Origin: Arcobacteraceae bacterium | GTDB taxonomy: Bacteria; Campylobacterota; Campylobacteria; Campylobacterales; Arcobacteraceae | NCBI GenBank assembly: GCA_965224485.1 | Contig: CBDCZH010000016.1 | Location: 244,616 to 308,615, forward strand | Reading direction: 5' to 3' | DNA: 64,000 nt | In this document: positions 9,670-19,757 of the stretch, piece after piece | Numbering within the stretch: position 1 is the first letter of the stretch | Layout: every line of letters begins with the position of its first letter | Translations under genes and position numbers: made by a program | The notes under the pieces: generated by a model | Database searches by the model: none | Told to the model about the DNA's origin: nothing | Seen by the model: the letters and a program-made list of their open reading frames with translations, nothing else

Positions 9670-11873
9670 AATAATATCTCTTTATTTTCTGCTTTTTTAT
9701 TAGGTAGTTTAATAGTAAAAACTACTTTTTGCTTCTTATTTGCAACGCTTACAAATCCTGTCATCTTATCTTCAATAATAACCTTAGCCATGTATAAACC
9801 TATTCCTGTACCATCTTCTTTTGTGGTAAAATAAGGGTCAAATATAGAATCAATGATATCTTCTTTGATTGCGCCTGCATTATCGCTTATTTGTATTATA
9901 TTATAATTTTTCTCTTGGGAAACATTAATACAAATCTCTCCTTTGAAACTTTCATCTTCTTTATTCTTTTCTATAATTTTATTTTTAGCATTATTTATTA
10001 TATTTAATAAAACTTGCTTAAACTCATTTTCATAACCAAAAATCATTAAATCTTCTTTATTATGTTTATATTCTTGTATAAGTTCTATATTTGAATAAAA
10101 TATTTGCTTACTTATTATTTCAAAAATTTCTTCAAAAGATTTAGATATTGAGAACATATCTTTTTTTGTTGAGGGTTTTAGAAAATTTCTAAAATCACCT
10201 AGTGTTTTTGACATATATTGTATTTGAATCATTGAATCGTTTACAAACTCTTCTATCCCTACTTTTTCTAGTTCATCTAACATATAAGACGTTTGAATAT
10301 CTTGAACTTGAGCTGATAGTTCAACTAAAGGTTCATTCCATTGATGTGCAATAGCAGCAACCATATCACCCATTTCAGCTAATTTACTTTGTTGTATTAA
10401 AAACTGTTTTTGCTGTACTCTTTCTGTAATATCATCCATAATACAAACAATTCCTCCAATACTTCCATCTATATTTTTATAAACTGCTTTATTTAAAATA
10501 AAAAACTTCATCTGTTTATTTGGAAAATGAATTGCTATTTCAGAAGTATTTGGTACTTGGGCTTTTAAAATCTCTGCATCTATAAGAGTATTTTTTTTAG
10601 CTATATCTTTTGGGTAAAAATCATAAGCTGTTTTTCCAATTACTTCTTTTTTTTCTAAATTAAATACTTGACAAAAGCCATTATTACAACCTATTATTTT
10701 CCCTTCTTTATTTTTATAATAAATTGCATTAGGTAATGTTTCTAATAAAACTTTTACAAATTTTAACTGATTAGATAATTCTACTTCAACTTTTTTTCTT
10801 TTTCTTATATTTGCCCTCATTGTTAAAACAATAATACTTAAAATAAAAATAAGTAATAAAGATAAAATTACAAATTTTGTATGTTCTTTATATATTGAAC
10901 TAGGTTCATTTATGATTTCATACTCACTTAAAAATGGTTCAACATTTATATTAAATTTATCTAACTCTTTATAATCAAAGATATATTTATTTGGTGAGTC
11001 TTTTAAAATTGGAATATCTTTAATATTAACTCCACTTAAAACCTTGAGTGCCATTAGTGAAACAGCTTCACCTTGTGCTTTAGCAGATGTTAGTAAACCG
11101 CCCAATAAACCATAATCTAAGTAGAAATCCCAAAGTCCATATATAGGTACAGAACTTACATCTTTAATAGCTTTAAAACTCTGCTTATAAGTAAAAAATT
11201 TTCCTGTAGTATCTTTAAAAAGAAGAACAAAAAGTATTACAGAATCTTTAGGTAAATTTTTTACTTTTTCCTTTATTTTTTCTATATCCATATTATCAAT
11301 ATATTCAATATTAACTTTTCTTCTGTATTTTTTTATAATACTTTGTAAGTCTTTTTTTACAGCATAACCTGTTTTTGAAGTATCATTTAAAATAAGTAAG
11401 TTTTTTAGTTTTGGATGTAGTTTTATAATTAATTCAAAGTTTTTTTCTAAATCAACTTGTTCAACTACTCCACTCATATAAGTACGTGCATTTTTTTTAT
11501 TTAATAAGATTTTATTGAAATTATTAATTCCTGTAAATAAAACTGGTATATTTTTAAACAAATATTCATGATATTTTAGTAAAAATTCAAAAGCATTATT
11601 ATCACTTGCAATAACTAAATCAAAATTTCTTTTTTTAAACTGTTCTTTGTATAAGTTTGCAAGTTTTTCTAAATATAAAGAGTCTGTAACTCTTTTAGTA
11701 TCCATATATATAGTCGTTAATTCTATATTTTCTTTTGAGTTAAATCTCTCTTCAATAGCTTTTGAAATATCATCACTCCATTTATAACCTTTATGATAAG
11801 AGTGAAGTAATAATACTTCTTTAGAAAAAGAAAAAGAAAACATTAAAAAAAGAAGAATAAATATTTTTTTCAT
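9666..11873 (-). CDS. Sensor histidine kinase (ABC-substrate-binding-like periplasmic domain, PAS)
   Basis: VLLLHSYHKGYKWS periplasmic domain, PAS, IAHQWNEPL, GTGIGL. Confidence 0.92.
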   Translation of the reverse strand: MKKIFILLFLMFSFSFSKEVLLLHSYHKGYKWSDDISKAIEERFNSKENIELTTIYMDTKRVTDSLYLEKLANLYKEQFKKRNFDLVIASDNNAFEFLLKYHEYLFKNIPVLFTGINNFNKILLNKKNARTYMSGVVEQVDLEKNFELIIKLHPKLKNLLILNDTSKTGYAVKKDLQSIIKKYRRKVNIEYIDNMDIEKIKEKVKNLPKDSVILFVLLFKDTTGKFFTYKQSFKAIKDVSSVPIYGLWDFYLDYGLLGGLLTSAKAQGEAVSLMALKVLSGVNIKDIPILKDSPNKYIFDYKELDKFNINVEPFLSEYEIINEPSSIYKEHTKFVILSLLLIFILSIIVLTMRANIRKRKKVEVELSNQLKFVKVLLETLPNAIYYKNKEGKIIGCNNGFCQVFNLEKKEVIGKTAYDFYPKDIAKKNTLIDAEILKAQVPNTSEIAIHFPNKQMKFFILNKAVYKNIDGSIGGIVCIMDDITERVQQKQFLIQQSKLAEMGDMVAAIAHQWNEPLVELSAQVQDIQTSYMLDELEKVGIEEFVNDSMIQIQYMSKTLGDFRNFLKPSTKKDMFSISKSFEEIFEIISKQIFYSNIELIQEYKHNKEDLMIFGYENEFKQVLLNIINNAKNKIIEKNKEDESFKGEICINVSQEKNYNIIQISDNAGAIKEDIIDSIFDPYFTTKEDGTGIGLYMAKVIIEDKMTGFVSVANKKQKVVFTIKLPNKKAENKEILL

Positions 11874-11891
11874 AAGCTAATTATAACATCA

Positions 11892-12473
11892 TTATATGAA
11901 AATAACATAGCCAGATTTTGGTCCATGTGCTCCAATAACGAGTGACTGTTCTATGTCTGCTGTTTTAGAAGGTCCTGATATAAAAGTTCCATAAGAAGCA
12001 TTTTTAAAATCTATTTTTTCATAGGCTTCATGCATATTATTTACTATATCTTCTTTTTTTAGAACAAGAACAATATTTTGACATATAAAATATAAAGCTC
12101 TATGTCTATTTGTAGGATTCTTCACCCAAACTGCACCATTTTCAGCAACCCCAAATTCTCCTTTTACAATGGCTAAATCAATATCTTTTATATCATGAAC
12201 ATCATCTTTATCATTTGCATCAAAGTTTCCAAGTAAGCACTCTTTTACATTTGAATAAATCAATTTTTCATTTTTATATAAAGATTTTATTGTTTTATCT
12301 AAGTCTTTACTGTCACAAGAAATTGCATCTCCTCCAACTGTTTTTATAACTTGGCTAAATTGTGTGAATAAATCTTCATATTGAATTCCAAAATTTTCAT
12401 ATTGGGGAAGGTCTACATTTTTAACTATGTTATTTGTTTTAATTGCATGTAAAATATAATCTTTAGAGTTCAT
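11892..12473 (-). CDS. lutC: Lactate utilization protein C (LUD domain)
   Basis: FISGPSKTADIEQSLVIGAHGP; start moved to ATG 12473 (MNSKDY), overlapping the lutB end. Confidence 0.92.
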   Translation of the reverse strand: MNSKDYILHAIKTNNIVKNVDLPQYENFGIQYEDLFTQFSQVIKTVGGDAISCDSKDLDKTIKSLYKNEKLIYSNVKECLLGNFDANDKDDVHDIKDIDLAIVKGEFGVAENGAVWVKNPTNRHRALYFICQNIVLVLKKEDIVNNMHEAYEKIDFKNASYGTFISGPSKTADIEQSLVIGAHGPKSGYVIFI

Positions 12474-13833
12474 CTTTGATTCCTTCTTTGTATAATTCTT
12501 TAAATGATTTTTTTGGCATTTCGGGTAAGTCTCTATTTTTTCCCCAAACATTTAAAGAGGAATAAAGAATTGATTTAGGAAGTAAAGGAACTGTTTTTCT
12601 AGCTATTTTACCAAGAAGAGAAAACAGTTTTGGTTTTGTTAATAACCAAGCTGCACTTTTCATCATAAATGATTTTTTAAAAGATATTATTCCTTGTTTC
12701 CCTAAATCTTGCCTATGTGTATATAATTGTGAATCTAAGTCAATTTTTACAGGACAAACATTTGTACATGAACCGCAAAGTGTACAGGCAAATGATAAGG
12801 ATTTATTTGCTTTTGGGTCTTTGAAACTTCCTAGGGTTGAACCAATTGGTCCTGGAATTACATAAGAATAAGAGTGCCCTCCACTTCTTCTATATACAGG
12901 ACAAGTATTCATACAAGCCCCACATCTAATGCAATTTAAGGCTTTTTGATAATCCTTACTTCCTAAGAACATAGTTCTTTTATTATCAACTATAATAATA
13001 TGCATTTCTCCACCTTGTATTGGAGCGTGAAAATGTGAAGTATAAGAAGTAATAGCTTGTCCTGTTGCACTACGTGCTAGTAAACGTGTAAAAACACCTA
13101 AATCTTTTAATCTTGGAATTATTTTTTCAATTCCCATAGAAGCTATATGAAGTTTGGGAACAGAAGCTCCCATATCGGCATTTCCTTCATTTGTACAAAC
13201 TACAATACCTCCTGTTTGGGCAATGGCAAAATTAACACCTGTTAAACCAGCTTGGGCATCTAAAAAATCACTTCTCAGACTTTTTCGTGCAGCTCTTGTT
13301 AAATAAGTTGGGTCATCATTTCCAACTTCTGTTCCTAGATGTTCAACAAAAGTTTCAGATACTTCTGCTCTTTTTAGATGAATTGCTGGAAGCACTATAT
13401 GGGAAGGTGCTTCTTTTCTTAATTGAACTATTCTTTCCCCTAAGTCTGTATCAATTACTTCAATATTCCTTGCTTCTAAATAGGGATTTAAATGACACTC
13501 TTCTGTTAACATAGATTTTGATTTTACAAGTTTTTTAACATTTTTCTCTTTTAATAACTTATAAACAATCTCATTATGCTCTTGCGCATCTTTAGCCCAG
13601 TGAACCTTAATACCTTTTTTAATTGCATTTTCTTCAAATTCTAAGAGATATTTATCCAAATTGTGCATAGTATGAGTTTTAATTAAATTTGCATATTCTC
13701 TTAACTTTTCCCATTCAGGAATATTTTTACTAGCTGTATCTCTTTTATCTCTAACAAACCATAAAGCTTTGTCATGCCAGTGCATTCTTTCATCATTTGC
13801 TACATATTTTGCGGCTGCTTTTGCATGATTCAT
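12463..13833 (-). CDS. lutB: Lactate utilization protein B (Fe-S)
   Basis: VKSKSM, TDLGE, PSHIVLPAIH, CIRCGACMNTCP, CTLCGSCTNVCP. Confidence 0.95.
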   Translation of the reverse strand: MNHAKAAAKYVANDERMHWHDKALWFVRDKRDTASKNIPEWEKLREYANLIKTHTMHNLDKYLLEFEENAIKKGIKVHWAKDAQEHNEIVYKLLKEKNVKKLVKSKSMLTEECHLNPYLEARNIEVIDTDLGERIVQLRKEAPSHIVLPAIHLKRAEVSETFVEHLGTEVGNDDPTYLTRAARKSLRSDFLDAQAGLTGVNFAIAQTGGIVVCTNEGNADMGASVPKLHIASMGIEKIIPRLKDLGVFTRLLARSATGQAITSYTSHFHAPIQGGEMHIIIVDNKRTMFLGSKDYQKALNCIRCGACMNTCPVYRRSGGHSYSYVIPGPIGSTLGSFKDPKANKSLSFACTLCGSCTNVCPVKIDLDSQLYTHRQDLGKQGIISFKKSFMMKSAAWLLTKPKLFSLLGKIARKTVPLLPKSILYSSLNVWGKNRDLPEMPKKSFKELYKEGIKDEL

Positions 13834-14576
13834 GATAACTCTCCTAAGGCTAGGATTTCAGTTATATGCATAATTTTAATATCTTGTTTGTTTCTATTTT
13901 TAAGTCCTTGCATATGCATTAAGCAGGACATATCAACACCTGTCATAACTTGGGCACCTGAATCAAGATGATCTTGTATTCTGTCTTTTCCCATAGCACT
14001 TGAAATAGCTTCTTCGCTTATACAAAAAGTACCACCAAAACCACAGCACTCATCATTTCTTTGCAAGTTTACTAAGATTAAGTCATCAATACAGTTTAAA
14101 AGATTTTCTAGTTTTGAGAAATATGGAATATTTAACTCACTAGGCGCTGCTAGTTTTAGATGTCTATGCGCATGACAGGAGTTATGCAAACCTACTTTAT
14201 ATGGAAAAGATAATTTAATCTTTTTGATTTTCATAATATCATGTAAAAATTCACAAATTTCATAAATAGAAGTTTTTACTTTATTATAATTAGTATTATT
14301 TATGAAAAAAGCACCATAATGATCTTTTACCATTGTTACGCATGAACCAGTAGGGGCAACTATATAATCATACTTCTTAAATGACTCAACAAAATTAAGT
14401 GCTAATTTTTTAGTATCACTTTCACATCCAGAGTTGGCCATAGGCTGTCCACAGCAAGTTTGTTCTAGAGGATAATCAACATCAAGATTTAATTGTTTAA
14501 GAATTTTTAGTGTACTTAGGCAAACATCAGGATAAAGCTCATTCATAAAACAGGGAATAAAAAGACCTATTTTCAT
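13830..14576 (-). CDS. lutA: Lactate utilization protein A (CCG domains)
   Basis: QTCCGQP, HNSCH, ECCGFGGTF, DMSCLMH. Confidence 0.95.
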   Translation of the reverse strand: MKIGLFIPCFMNELYPDVCLSTLKILKQLNLDVDYPLEQTCCGQPMANSGCESDTKKLALNFVESFKKYDYIVAPTGSCVTMVKDHYGAFFINNTNYNKVKTSIYEICEFLHDIMKIKKIKLSFPYKVGLHNSCHAHRHLKLAAPSELNIPYFSKLENLLNCIDDLILVNLQRNDECCGFGGTFCISEEAISSAMGKDRIQDHLDSGAQVMTGVDMSCLMHMQGLKNRNKQDIKIMHITEILALGELS

Positions 14577-14629
14577 CTTGTTTCCTTAAAAATATATTTT
14601 AAAAATATTTTATCAGAAAGGTATAATAT

Positions 14630-15217
14630 TTATATGATATTTTGTTTTTTTAAAAAGATTGTAAAATCATTTTCTAAATAATTATCTTTTGTTTGTATTT
14701 CTAAATTTAAATTTAAATTTTCACAAAAATATAGAATTTCTTCTTTTTTTATATAATTATAAGAGTCTTCTTTTAAAAAATTAAAAATAAAACCTTTTTT
14801 GCATTTTTCAATACATTTAGATAAAAAAATAAAAAATTCTTTTTTTGTAAGAATATTTAAAGCTCCTGAGCACACATAATAATCAGCTTCTTCTAATGTA
14901 TCTTTTAAAATATTTTTCTTTTTAAACACAAGATTCTTAAATCTTTTCTGTGATATTTCAATCATACTTTGTTCACAATCAAGACCTATGTACTCTTTTG
15001 GAGTTTTATTGATTTTTTTTAAATAAGAGTAATACTCAGCAAAACCGCAACCCACATCAACTATGCTTGAGTTTTTAATATCACTTTTTATAAAGGAACT
15101 GAGAATTTCAAAACGTTTATATTGTGTATATTTTGAGTTCCAGTGAACCCCTTGTGCACTAAGACCATGCTTTTTTAGTGAAGATTTATAAAATTTATTA
15201 TTATCTTCAAAAGCCAT
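14630..15217 (-). CDS. Class I SAM-dependent methyltransferase
   Basis: IVDVGCGF motif I. Confidence 0.85.
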   Translation of the reverse strand: MAFEDNNKFYKSSLKKHGLSAQGVHWNSKYTQYKRFEILSSFIKSDIKNSSIVDVGCGFAEYYSYLKKINKTPKEYIGLDCEQSMIEISQKRFKNLVFKKKNILKDTLEEADYYVCSGALNILTKKEFFIFLSKCIEKCKKGFIFNFLKEDSYNYIKKEEILYFCENLNLNLEIQTKDNYLENDFTIFLKKQNII

Positions 15218-15652
15218 TTATTTTATCTTCTCAATAATTAAACCATTGTTTTTTATAAAAGATGAAACAATATCTGAATTAGTATGCTCATATGCTTTGT
15301 CATAAACAATTTTTTTAATTCCAGCTGCAATTAAATTTTTAGAACACTCAGAACAAGGCTCTAGACTTACATAAATAGTAGCACCCTCAATAGATATTCC
15401 TTTTCTAGCTGCCCAAATTATTGCATTCATTTCTGCATGAATCTCATAGGTTTTTGACCATTCGTGATGTTCTTTAGTGTATTCACCATTCCAGTGATCG
15501 CAGCAATTTTCATAACCAGCAGGTGTTCCGTTATAACCTGTTGATAATATTCTTCCATCTTTTACAATAACCGCACCAACATGTTTTGATACACATTTTG
15601 AAGCTTTTGCTATTTCATGAGCAATATTTATAAAGCTTTTATCACTTATCAT
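15218..15652 (-). CDS. dCMP deaminase family protein
   Basis: GYNG, HAEMNA, PCSEC zinc motifs. Confidence 0.93.
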   Translation of the reverse strand: MISDKSFINIAHEIAKASKCVSKHVGAVIVKDGRILSTGYNGTPAGYENCCDHWNGEYTKEHHEWSKTYEIHAEMNAIIWAARKGISIEGATIYVSLEPCSECSKNLIAAGIKKIVYDKAYEHTNSDIVSSFIKNNGLIIEKIK

Positions 15653-15846
15653 TTAATGTCCCTTTTTTTAAAAAACTATTTCTTGAAAAATAGCTAAAAA
15701 GCTAATATTTTCTTGGATTTTACTCTAAAATGTATGAAAAATGTCTGATTTTGTTCAAAATTAGAGAAAAATAGATCTTTTGTTTTATTAGCTTATAATT
15801 AAGTTTCTTGTATTATAACAAAAAAATTGAATGATAAAGGCTAAGA

Positions 15847-16302
15847 ATGGATTTTAAAGAAATAAAAGAATTAATTAGAGTTTTTGATAAAAGTGAATTA
15901 AATAAACTTAAAGTAAAAGATGCTGAGTTTGAAATTGCTTTACAAAAAGGTTTTGAAGGTTCAACTGTAGTTACAACAACAGCGGCACCTTTAGCAATAG
16001 CTGCACCTATTGCAGCTCCTATTGCTGTTGTTTCTGGTCTTGAAACTACTAGTGAAATTATAGGTGATACAATAAATGCTCCTATGATTGGAACATATTA
16101 TGCTTCTCCATCACCTGAAGCATCTGCTTTTATAAAAGAGGGTGATACAGTAAAATCTGGACAAACTTTATGTATTTTAGAAGCTATGAAAATTATGAAT
16201 GAAGTTGAAGCAGAATTTGATTGTAAAATCGTAAAGCTTTTAGTTAAAGATGGCGATCCTGTTGAATATGACATGCCATTATTCATTGTTGAAAAACTGT
16301 AA
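15847..16302 (+). CDS. accB: Acetyl-CoA carboxylase biotin carboxyl carrier protein
   Basis: EAMKIMNE biotinylation motif, Ala/Pro linker. Confidence 0.97.
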   Translation: MDFKEIKELIRVFDKSELNKLKVKDAEFEIALQKGFEGSTVVTTTAAPLAIAAPIAAPIAVVSGLETTSEIIGDTINAPMIGTYYASPSPEASAFIKEGDTVKSGQTLCILEAMKIMNEVEAEFDCKIVKLLVKDGDPVEYDMPLFIVEKL

Positions 16303-16313
16303 AAAGTTTTAAT

Positions 16314-17666
16314 ATGGCAGAAATTAAAAAAATCCTAATTGCTAATAGAGGCGAAATAGTTCAAAGAGCTGTTAGAACAATTAGAGAAATGGGTAAAAAA
16401 TCAGTAGCTGTTTACAGCTCAGGTGATAAAGCAGCTTCATATTTAAAACATGCAGATGAAGCTGTATGTATTGGTGGTCCTAAATCAGCAGATTCATATT
16501 TAAATATTCCAGCAATAATAGCAGCTGCTGAGATGACTGGTTGTGATGCAATTTTTCCAGGTTATGGTTTCTTAAGTGAAAACCAAGATTTTGTAGAAAT
16601 TTGTAGATTACATAATATTAAATTTATAGGCCCTTCTGTAGAAGTTATGGAAAAAATGGCAGATAAATCTAAAGCAAAAGAAGAAATGATAAGAGCTGGT
16701 GTTCCTGTTGTTCCAGGAAGCGATGGTGCTGTTCATACTGTTGAAGAAGGTAAAAAAGTTGCTCTAGAAATTGGTTATCCAATTATGGCAAAAGCTTCTG
16801 CTGGTGGTGGTGGAAGAGGTCTTAGACTTATTAATGAAGAAAAAGATTTTGAGCAACTATTTATGGCAGCTTCTTCTGAGGCACTTGCAGCCTTTGGTGA
16901 TGGAACTATGTATTTAGAGAGATTTATTAATAATCCTAGACATATTGAAGTTCAAGTAATTGGAGATTCACACGGAAATGCTATTCATATAGGTGAAAGA
17001 GATTGTAGTCTTCAAAGACGTCATCAAAAAGTAATTGAAGAATCACCTGCTATGTTTTTAGATGATGCAGCACGTGCTAAACTTCATGCAGTTGCAGTAA
17101 AAGCAACTAAATATTTAAATTATGAAGGTGCTGGTACTTTTGAATTTTTAGCTGATGATAAACAAAATGTTTATTTTATGGAAATGAATACACGACTTCA
17201 AGTTGAGCATCCTGTTTCTGAAATGGTTTCAGGACTTGATTTAATTGAATTAATGATTAAAGTTGCCCAAGGTGAAAAAGTTCCTCCACAAGAAAGCATA
17301 AAATTTAGAGGTCATGCAATTGAGTGTAGAATTACAGCAGAAGATCCAAATACATTTTTACCAAGTCCAGGTTTAATTACTCAATGGATGGTTCCAGGTG
17401 GAAGAAATGTAAGAGTTGATTCTCATGTTTATACAAACTATGTTGTTCCTCAATATTATGATTCAATGATTGGGAAACTAATTGTTTGGGGAAGAGATAG
17501 AGAAAAAGCTATTAATATTATGAAAAGAGCTTTAAATGAGTTTGAAGTTGAAGGAATTAGAACAACTATTCCTTTTCATCAAAAAATGATGGAAAACATA
17601 GACTTTAATACAAATAATTATGATACTAAATACTTAGAAGATTACAAAAGTTTGGATCAATTATAA
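16314..17666 (+). CDS. accC: Biotin carboxylase
   Basis: IANRGE, PGYGFLSEN, GGGGRG, ERDCSLQRRHQK, EMNTRLQVEH. Confidence 0.97.
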   Translation: MAEIKKILIANRGEIVQRAVRTIREMGKKSVAVYSSGDKAASYLKHADEAVCIGGPKSADSYLNIPAIIAAAEMTGCDAIFPGYGFLSENQDFVEICRLHNIKFIGPSVEVMEKMADKSKAKEEMIRAGVPVVPGSDGAVHTVEEGKKVALEIGYPIMAKASAGGGGRGLRLINEEKDFEQLFMAASSEALAAFGDGTMYLERFINNPRHIEVQVIGDSHGNAIHIGERDCSLQRRHQKVIEESPAMFLDDAARAKLHAVAVKATKYLNYEGAGTFEFLADDKQNVYFMEMNTRLQVEHPVSEMVSGLDLIELMIKVAQGEKVPPQESIKFRGHAIECRITAEDPNTFLPSPGLITQWMVPGGRNVRVDSHVYTNYVVPQYYDSMIGKLIVWGRDREKAINIMKRALNEFEVEGIRTTIPFHQKMMENIDFNTNNYDTKYLEDYKSLDQL

Positions 17667-17667
17667 G

Positions 17668-17690
17668 AAAGTAGGGCCTTACCCTACTTT
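17668..17690 (+). terminator. Intrinsic terminator after accC
   Basis: AAAGTAGGG-CCTTA-CCCTACTTT followed by T-rich sequence. Confidence 0.75.
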
Positions 17691-17723
17691 TATCTTTAAA
17701 GCTTAATTTTATATTAAATTAGA

Positions 17724-17907
17724 TATAATCCGCAAAAATATACACATTTATATACTATTGTGCTTTGAATTTTTATACTTCAAAGACCTGTTTATTATCA
17801 TAAACACTCAGTTTTTATCTTAGTTCTTATCAAGAATTGAAGAGTTATATATACGTGTATTTTTAAATCTTTTTATACCAAAAGGTATAAATACACAAAG
17901 GCAAAAA
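17724..17907 (+). promoter_or_regulatory. -10 box and long structured 5' leader of the DEAD-box helicase gene
   Basis: TATAAT at 17724-17729; several stems visible (see findings). Confidence 0.55.
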
Positions 17908-19521
17908 ATGACTTTTCAAGAGTTCAATTTTAAAGACAAGTTACAACAATCAATAGACGAGGCTGGTTTTAAAGAACCAAGTCCTATTCAAAGAGACGCA
18001 ATTCCAGTTGTATTACAAGGTAAAGATATAGTAGGACAAGCTCATACAGGTACAGGTAAAACTGCTGCTTTTGGACTTCCAATTATAAATATGATGAAAT
18101 GTACTGGTAATGTTGAAACAGTAGTAATTGTTCCAACAAGAGAGCTTGCTATGCAAGTAAGTGATGAATTATTTAGATTTGGTAAAAATCTAGGTATTAG
18201 TACAGCTACTGTTTATGGTGGACAATCTTACTCAAGACAATTAAGAAATATTGATAATGCTGGTATTATTGTAGCAACTCCAGGTAGATTCATTGACTTA
18301 TTAAAAAGTGGAAAAATTAAGATTAGTCCATCTTTTATTGTTTTAGATGAAGCAGATGAAATGTTAGATATGGGATTTTTAGATGATATTAAAGAAATTT
18401 TCTCTTATTTACCTGATGAGAGACAAACACTTCTTTTCTCAGCAACAATGCCAACAGCTATTAAAAATCTTGCTAAAAATATTTTAAAAGAACCAGAATT
18501 TATTACAATTACAAAAAAAGAGATGACTAATTCAAATATTACTCAAAGTTTTTATGTTGTTGATGAATATGAAAGAGATGATGCATTAATTAGATTATAT
18601 GATTATAAAGATCCAAAAAAATCTATCATTTTCTGTAGAACGAAAAAAGAAGTAGATAGACTTTCTACTTATTTAGTATCTCAAGGTTACATGGCAAAAG
18701 GTTTACATGGAGATATGGAGCAAAGACAAAGAGAAGAAGTAATAAGAGCTTTTAAAAAAGATGCATTAGAAGTATTAATTGCAACTGATGTAGCTGCGCG
18801 TGGTCTTGATGTTAATAACGTAACTCATGTATTTAATTATCACTTACCATTTGATAGCGAGTCTTATGTACATAGAATTGGAAGAACAGGAAGAGCTGGA
18901 AAAGATGGAGTTGCTGTTTCGATTGTAACACCTCATGAGTTCAGAATGATTCAGAAAATTCAAAAAGTTACTGGTTCTAAATTAGAAGCAAAAGTAATTC
19001 CTAGTATTGATTCTGTTAAACTTAAAAAAGTTGTTGATTTAAAAGAAAAAATTAATGAGCAAAAAATTTATGATTCAGCTATGGACTTAGTTGAGTCTTT
19101 AAAAGATGAATATGACTTATCAACTATTGCTCATAAATTAGCATCAATGTTGACTGAATCTACTTTTGTAAAAGGTAGTAATTACATTGGTAAAACTGAA
19201 AATGACATCAAAAGATTATTAGAGAGACCTTATAATGATAGAGATGATGGCGGTGGACGTGGTAGATATAGAGGTAGAGGAAATAGCGGAGGCGGTCGTG
19301 GAAATGGCGGCGGAGGTTACCGTGGTGGAAACAGAAGTGGAAGTGGAAGTGGAAGTGGAAGTCGTGATGGAAATAGAGGTGGAAGCAGAGATTCGAATAG
19401 AAGTGGAAGCAGAGATTCAAACAGAAGTGGAAGCAGAGATTCGAATAGAAGTGGAAGCAGAGATTCAAACAGAAGTGGAAGCAGAGATGGAAACAGAGGC
19501 CAAAGTAGATCAAGAGATTAA
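17908..19521 (+). CDS. DEAD-box RNA helicase with Gly/Arg/Ser-rich tail
   Basis: Q motif, AHTGTGKT, PTRELA, DEAD, SAT, HRIGRTGRAG. Confidence 0.97.
   Translation: MTFQEFNFKDKLQQSIDEAGFKEPSPIQRDAIPVVLQGKDIVGQAHTGTGKTAAFGLPIINMMKCTGNVETVVIVPTRELAMQVSDELFRFGKNLGISTATVYGGQSYSRQLRNIDNAGIIVATPGRFIDLLKSGKIKISPSFIVLDEADEMLDMGFLDDIKEIFSYLPDERQTLLFSATMPTAIKNLAKNILKEPEFITITKKEMTNSNITQSFYVVDEYERDDALIRLYDYKDPKKSIIFCRTKKEVDRLSTYLVSQGYMAKGLHGDMEQRQREEVIRAFKKDALEVLIATDVAARGLDVNNVTHVFNYHLPFDSESYVHRIGRTGRAGKDGVAVSIVTPHEFRMIQKIQKVTGSKLEAKVIPSIDSVKLKKVVDLKEKINEQKIYDSAMDLVESLKDEYDLSTIAHKLASMLTESTFVKGSNYIGKTENDIKRLLERPYNDRDDGGGRGRYRGRGNSGGGRGNGGGGYRGGNRSGSGSGSGSRDGNRGGSRDSNRSGSRDSNRSGSRDSNRSGSRDSNRSGSRDGNRGQSRSRD
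19334..19500 (+). repeat. Coding tandem repeats: about 5 x GAAGTG, then about 5 x 24-bp GGAAGCAGAGATTCRAAYAGAAGT
   Basis: Read directly; encodes SGSGSG and GSRDSNRS repeats. Confidence 0.95.
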
Positions 19522-19550
19522 TCTCTTGGCCTATTGGCTAATTTAAATAC

Positions 19551-19757
19551 TTAAGTATAATAATTTTTTAAAACTCTTTTTGCTGTATTGTATGCAGTTT
19601 TAGTACTTTTCCCAAAACCTCTAAAAACACCATCTTTATTGAAAAACTCAATACTTTTTAAATTTCCTTGTTTTGAATAAACAGCTCTAAATATATTAAA
19701 CTTTTTTAACTTCTTTATTTTAGGATACTCTTTATTTGTTAATATTCTTACAGTCAT
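19551..19757 (-). CDS. Small basic hypothetical protein
   Basis: 68-aa ORF with upstream AAAGG. Confidence 0.7.
   Translation of the reverse strand: MTVRILTNKEYPKIKKLKKFNIFRAVYSKQGNLKSIEFFNKDGVFRGFGKSTKTAYNTAKRVLKNYYT

Noticed and set aside
19381..19500. 24-bp direct repeats as a CRISPR array
   Set aside because: Units are contiguous with no spacers, in frame within the helicase gene, and no cas genes are present
19208..19546. Alternative-frame ORFs 19208..19513 (-) and 19235..19546 (+)
   Set aside because: Shadow frames kept open by the coding tandem repeat
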